A DNA stretch of 64,000 nt from Ranitomeya imitator. Lineage: Eukaryota. Shown in pieces: positions 59,801 through 64,000 of this stretch (positions within the stretch are counted from its first letter, which is position 1; every line of letters starts with the position of its first letter). The DNA lies in contig NC_091283.1 of assembly GCF_032444005.1 (NCBI RefSeq), positions 168,578,001 through 168,642,000 on the forward strand, given 5' to 3'. The translations under genes and the position numbers were made by a program. Below the pieces are notes generated by a model, which worked only from the letters and a program-made list of their open reading frames with translations, had not been told where the DNA came from and searched no databases.

Positions 59801-62224
59801 TCTATTGCTATCGGTTTCTCCATAGGTGCAGTCCTAATATTTTTCCTACATCCATCACAGATTTTTTGCTGTTGTAGCGGTGTAGAAATGCTAGTACCCA
59901 TCTTCTCTCACGAGGTATGGGGTCCAGCTTCTGGAAGGACACTCACCGCCAGGAGAAGCTGAGCCTGAATGTACTCATCAATATCGTGCAGTCCAGTAAC
60001 TACAAGCCAGAGAAAAAGGCATTGCATGAAATGGCATCCTAACAAACCCAGAGAACATATGGTGCAAAGCTGGGAGAGATATCCGATATTACCATCTGGA
60101 GCCCCGTCACACACCACAAGATCCGCAGGCTGACCCTCAAAGTGTTGGATGATCTCATGAGCGGTGGAGACCTGAAAATAGGAAACCAGAACAAGTTACA
60201 ATTCCTGTCCAGACGATGGTGACGATTTCTTCCAAGCACAAATCACCTTGGTAATATCTCCTTGTATCTGGATGACTCCGGGTAGAGGCGCCATCGCCTG
60301 AAGATCCACTGCTACAATCTTCACCTCTGTAGTCTCATTGCTGGACCTGAGGAGACAGGAGGGGAGACACTGATTATGTGCTGCAGCTCCCGCACCCCTC
60401 ATGGGGCTTCAGATTTGGCATAGAAAACACCATTCACCTGAGCTTCCTGCTAAGAACCTGGCTCCAGCTCCCGGGGGCCGCACACAGGTCCACCGCTCTC
60501 TGTACTCCTGGGGGAGGAACACAAGAGCTGCTGTTTTATCTGTTACAGGATCTGTGCACACACTAAGTATTTGGTGCAGACATTTCTGCATCTCTTAACA
60601 TGCAGAGGAAAAAATGCATGTTTTTGGTGCAGACTTTTCCCCGCTCATTGGTACAAGGGAAATCTGAAGCAAAAAAGCTGAAAGAATGGACATCCAGAAA
60701 ATGTATATCTTCACCAAATCTGCAGGTCACAAATAAGCACCGTGTGCATGAGACTTCAGGATTCTCATTCACTTTGCTGGAACCAGGAAACCCTTCAGGT
60801 TTTGTGACACGCGTTTCGCGTGTGCTTCTTCCTGGGGGTCACGCGCGTCGGGGCTGTAAGGTTCAGCGTGCCATTTGGCCGAGCACTTTGGAAGTGACAT
60901 GGAGCAGGTAATATGTACAGGGCTTGGGGCGTTTTGCAATTTACTCGCTTTGTGATTATAGCAACAATGTGAAGCACGGAGTGTGTGGGTTCTGATAGAT
61001 CCATAGTTTAGGGGCTTGGTCAAGTCTTAACATTGCATTTATAGGATTGCATTAAATTAGATGTATCCTTCAACACCCTGACACATGCTTTTCTAATTCC
61101 TGCCTTAAAATATAGCATGTCCTGCTCTTGCTGACCTTAGTTATACTTGTTTGGATTTGAGGCACCTTTTTAAATATTATGTTTATATGTATTTTTAATA
61201 TTGGTAATAAAGATACTGAGTTTTAATATTTTTTTCTGTGACACTCCTTTAATTCTTTGTAGATCGGTCCTTAGACACTCACAGAATTCTCAGAAGTGAC
61301 AAGCATCTGTCCGAGAACACCGGAGTATGGATTTAGGAGTAAGACTATAGCTTTTTATTTACTCTGTACTCCACGCCTGACTCCAGCACTATGAAGACTT
61401 TTGAGTAGAGAAGACCGACATCCCCGGCTCCTCTTCTGATTAGCCAGCCTTGCCTTTCGTGCGCTACATCGCAACGCTGACGTCACTCCAGGCCGACAAA
61501 TCAAAAGAGTGGGGTGTGGGGAAGGGAAGAGAGGCGTGGGGAAGGGAAGAGAGGCGTGGGGGGAGGAGGAAGGCGTCAAGGGGGGGGGGGGAAGGCATGA
61601 AGAAGGCGTGAAGGGGGGGAGGAAGGGGGGGAGGAAGGCGTCAAGGGGGGGGAGGAAGGCGTCAAGGGGGGGGAGGAAGGCGTCAAGGGGGGGGAGGAAG
61701 GCGTCAAGGGGGGAGGAAGGCGTCAAGGGGGGGAGGAAGGCGTCAAGGGGGGAGGAAGGCGTCAAGGGGGGGAGGAAGGCGTGAGGGAGGGAGGAAGGCG
61801 TGAGGGGGGGGAGGAAGGCGTGAGGGGGGGGAGGAAGGCGTGAGGGGGGGGAGGAAGGCGTCAAGGGGGGGAGGAAGGCGTCAAGGGGGGGAGGAAGGCG
61901 TCAAGGGGGGAGGAAGGCGTCAAGGGGGGGAGGAAGGCGTCAAGGGGGGGAGGAAGGCGTGAGGGGGGGATGAAGGTGTGAGGGGGGGGAGGAAGGCGTG
62001 AGGGGGGGGAGGAAGGTGTGAGGGGGGGATGAAGGTGTGGGGAGGGGGGGGATGAAGGTGTGGGGAGGGGGGAGGAAGGTGTGTGGGGGGGGGCGCTGGA
62101 TACCTTGGAAGAGCCGATACTCCTCGTCCAGCTGCAGCAGCTTGAATGCACTGCGCGCTCTCCAGCCTTCCTCCTTGGCCAACCGGTAGTAGATGTCCCT
62201 CTTGTCCTTTGAGGAGCGCCCCAT
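56833..62224 (-). CDS. FTSJ1: tRNA (cytidine32/guanosine34-2'-O)-methyltransferase (Trm7 homolog), 327 aa
   Basis: Coding exons on minus: 62224-62104, 60507-60438, 60346-60247, 60171-60093, 59999-59947, 59632-59579, 59483-59381, 57698-57615, 57525-57422, 57048-56833 (984 nt, all GT-AG). Motifs [56 protein letters not shown]. Confidence 0.97.
57084..57421 (-). repeat. 49-bp intronic VNTR, each unit starting with a GTAAGG donor motif
   Basis: GT positions at 57421 (true donor), 57372, 57323, 57274, 57225, 57176 and 57127. Confidence 0.93.
57879..59081. mobile_element. T2-type MITE in a FTSJ1 intron, containing a second MITE
   Basis: TTAA-AAGGGTTGTCCACTAC ... GTAGCAGACAATCCCT-TTAA. Confidence 0.65.
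58254..59010. mobile_element. Palindromic MITE (757 bp)
   Basis: TIR GGTACCGTCACA / TGTGACGGTACC, TTAA on the right and TAAA on the left, with long mirrored internal arms. Confidence 0.85.
61555..62093 (+). repeat. G-rich ~21-bp minisatellite (AGGAAGGCGTCAAGGGGGGGG)n
   Basis: About 25 units, each with a run of 6-8 G, in the first coding intron of FTSJ1. Confidence 0.92.
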
Positions 62225-62582
62225 GATGTTCCTCCTAAAAGGGAAAACCCACTGTAAATCCCTGCACCCGGCGCCGGCCCTGCTATAGGGGCAGCTCACA
62301 GGACTCGGGGGTTGTGGGGGGAAACTACTAAACGAATGATCCGACTTCCCCCGTGATGGCACCAGACGGACGTATAATAAAGGCTCTCCTCCAGGTCAGG
62401 GGGCTCTGGGTTTACAGAGAAAGGACAATCGGACCATGAAGTTCTTCATCCTCCGAATAACGCTGAGGGGACACTTCCTCTACATCTCTGCTTGCTGTCT
62501 ATGAATGGAGGAGACGAGGCCATGCCCTGTGCACACTGACGGCGGCCGCTCCGGCTCATCCCGTGCGGTACCGCACACTCAC

Positions 62583-62805
62583 CGTTACCGGCGCCGCTCA
62601 GGGCGATCTCAGTCTCCGCAAAAATGTCCGCTCGCCAGTAAGGATTGGAAGCGGTCACATAAAAAAAGTTCTCCCAAGCTTTATTAAACTGACAGAGGCG
62701 GAACCGCTGTGTCGCAGGCCATCGAGGTGACGAAGGCGGAAGTTCAGTTGCCATGGAGACGTTCATCTAGCTTTATTTACACGGACAGAGGCGGACGTCG
62801 TCACC
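62583..62805. promoter_or_regulatory. Bidirectional promoter region FTSJ1/SFT2D3, including a putative FTSJ1 non-coding first exon
   Basis: Minus-strand donor G|GTGAGT at 62583/62582 and acceptor TTTTAG|G at 62235/62234. ATTGG at 62644 and ETS-like CGGAAGT near 62737. CpG-rich. Confidence 0.6.
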
Positions 62806-63420
62806 ATGGCGGACCTAGGCCGGCAGTTACAGGAGTACGTAGCGCAGAATAAGGCCGGGAGCAGCGGCGGTTCTGCGGCCTCCTCCCCCGCGGAGCGCCA
62901 GAGCTCGGAGCCGGGATGGCGGGCCTGGTTCTCTCCTCCCAGCAGCGGCCTCTCGTGGTCATGGAGTCCTATGGACCCGGATCCTTTCCTGCCCGGGATG
63001 TCCGGGACGCAGAGGCTGATGGCGGCCGGTGTGTGCGCGGGCATGGCCGCTCTGTGCTTCGGCCTGGCCGGACTCTATGTGCCGCTGTTGCTGCTCCGGG
63101 CTCGGAAGTTCGCGATGCTCTGGTCTATGGGCTCGCTGCTGGGCCTGTGTGCCGCCGGCCTCCTGCGGGGCCCCAGCCGCATGCTCCGGGAGCCCGACCC
63201 GTGGGCCTTCTTCTACCTGGCCGCCCTGGGGGGCACGCTGTACGCCGCGCTAGGCTTCCGGAGCACCCCGCTCACATTACTGGGGGCCGCCGCGCAGATC
63301 GTCACTGGCGCCGCGCTGCTGCTGGGCATGTTACCGGGCGGCGCCGCGGGGAGGCGCTACATCAGCGGGCTGTGCGGGAGTCTGATGCGGAGAGGGGTCT
63401 CCAAAGCCCTGCCCGTGTAA
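62806..63420 (+). CDS. SFT2D3: Vesicle transport protein SFT2C (Got1/Sft2 family), intronless, 204 aa
   Basis: Kozak ACCATGG. MADLGRQLQEY N-terminus, ARKFAMLWSMGSLL, LYAALGFRSTPLT and four hydrophobic segments. CpG-island context. Confidence 0.88.
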   Translation: MADLGRQLQEYVAQNKAGSSGGSAASSPAERQSSEPGWRAWFSPPSSGLSWSWSPMDPDPFLPGMSGTQRLMAAGVCAGMAALCFGLAGLYVPLLLLRARKFAMLWSMGSLLGLCAAGLLRGPSRMLREPDPWAFFYLAALGGTLYAALGFRSTPLTLLGAAAQIVTGAALLLGMLPGGAAGRRYISGLCGSLMRRGVSKALPV

Positions 63421-63552
63421 TGACTGTGGCCCCCGCTGTGGAGCTGAAGACCAGGGACACACAAGGCCTAATGGGAGTTGTAGTATTGGAATAACTTGAG
63501 ACACCGCTTGGGAAACTACTCAGAGCTCGGTCCCGTTAGTCTGAGTGATCGG

Positions 63553-63773
63553 GACTGTGGCCCCTGTGATGCTGAAGGCTCCTCTATGGGTTTCTGACTG
63601 TGGCCCCTGTGATGCTGAGGGCTCCTATCAGGGCCCTGGACTGTGGCCCCTCTGAAAATGAGGGCTCCTATCTGGGTTTCTAACTGTGGCCTGTGATGCT
63701 GAGGGCTCTTATCAGGGCCCTGGATTGTGGCCCCTGTGATGCTGAGGGCTCCTATCAGGGCCCTGGACTGTGG
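63553..63773. repeat. ~43-bp tandem repeat (GACTGTGGCCCCTGTGATGCTGAGGGCTCCTATCAGGGCCCTG)n, about 5 copies
   Basis: Unit starts at 63553, 63596, 63639, 63682, 63723 and 63766. Confidence 0.88.
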
Positions 63774-64000
63774 CTTCTCCCTACAGCTTTATATGGAACA
63801 ATCAGACACTTGGTGCCTGGCTGTGGCCGCTGTGACTCTGCTGCTTATATTAAGCATACCATACACTATAGGGAGGCGGACACCAGACTCTTATCTCCCC
63901 TGAGAACAAAGGATCAGACCTGATGAAATCCAACATGTCTGACCCTTTTCCTCCAGCTGCTGGCAGGACACCCATGTACATGTTAGATGGTCGGCCAATC

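Noticed and set aside
60780-61380. PLE-like remnant with GAAACGCGTGTC in a FTSJ1 intron
   Set aside because: The CUGANGA core is absent (CAGGAAGA), and no boundaries or TSD could be defined. It is noted only as a weak motif.

Overview
Eukaryotic DNA, most likely an anuran (frog) genome; the species is inferred from gene content and repeat types and cannot be determined here. The window has two halves. Bases 1-32.5 kb are an almost pure repeat block. It holds a multi-level nest of chromodomain-bearing Ty3/gypsy (Tf1/sushi-type) LTR retrotransposons, one intact young copy (25443-31130), two solo LTRs, a Helitron, and Tc1, hAT and MITE elements, all embedded in GGGCTG(TG)CATTATACT minisatellites. 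Bases 33-64 kb are gene-dense: PORCN (+, 14 coding exons including both microexons), an OST-alpha/SLC51A-like transporter (+), FTSJ1 (-) and intronless SFT2D3 (+). The most notable signals are: covarying R-region/PBS complementarity pointing to tRNA-independent self-priming; 6-bp target duplications; an array of about 8 CTCF-like motifs at the repeat/gene boundary; a 49-bp VNTR that multiplies a FTSJ1 splice donor; and back-to-back overlapping poly(A) signals.
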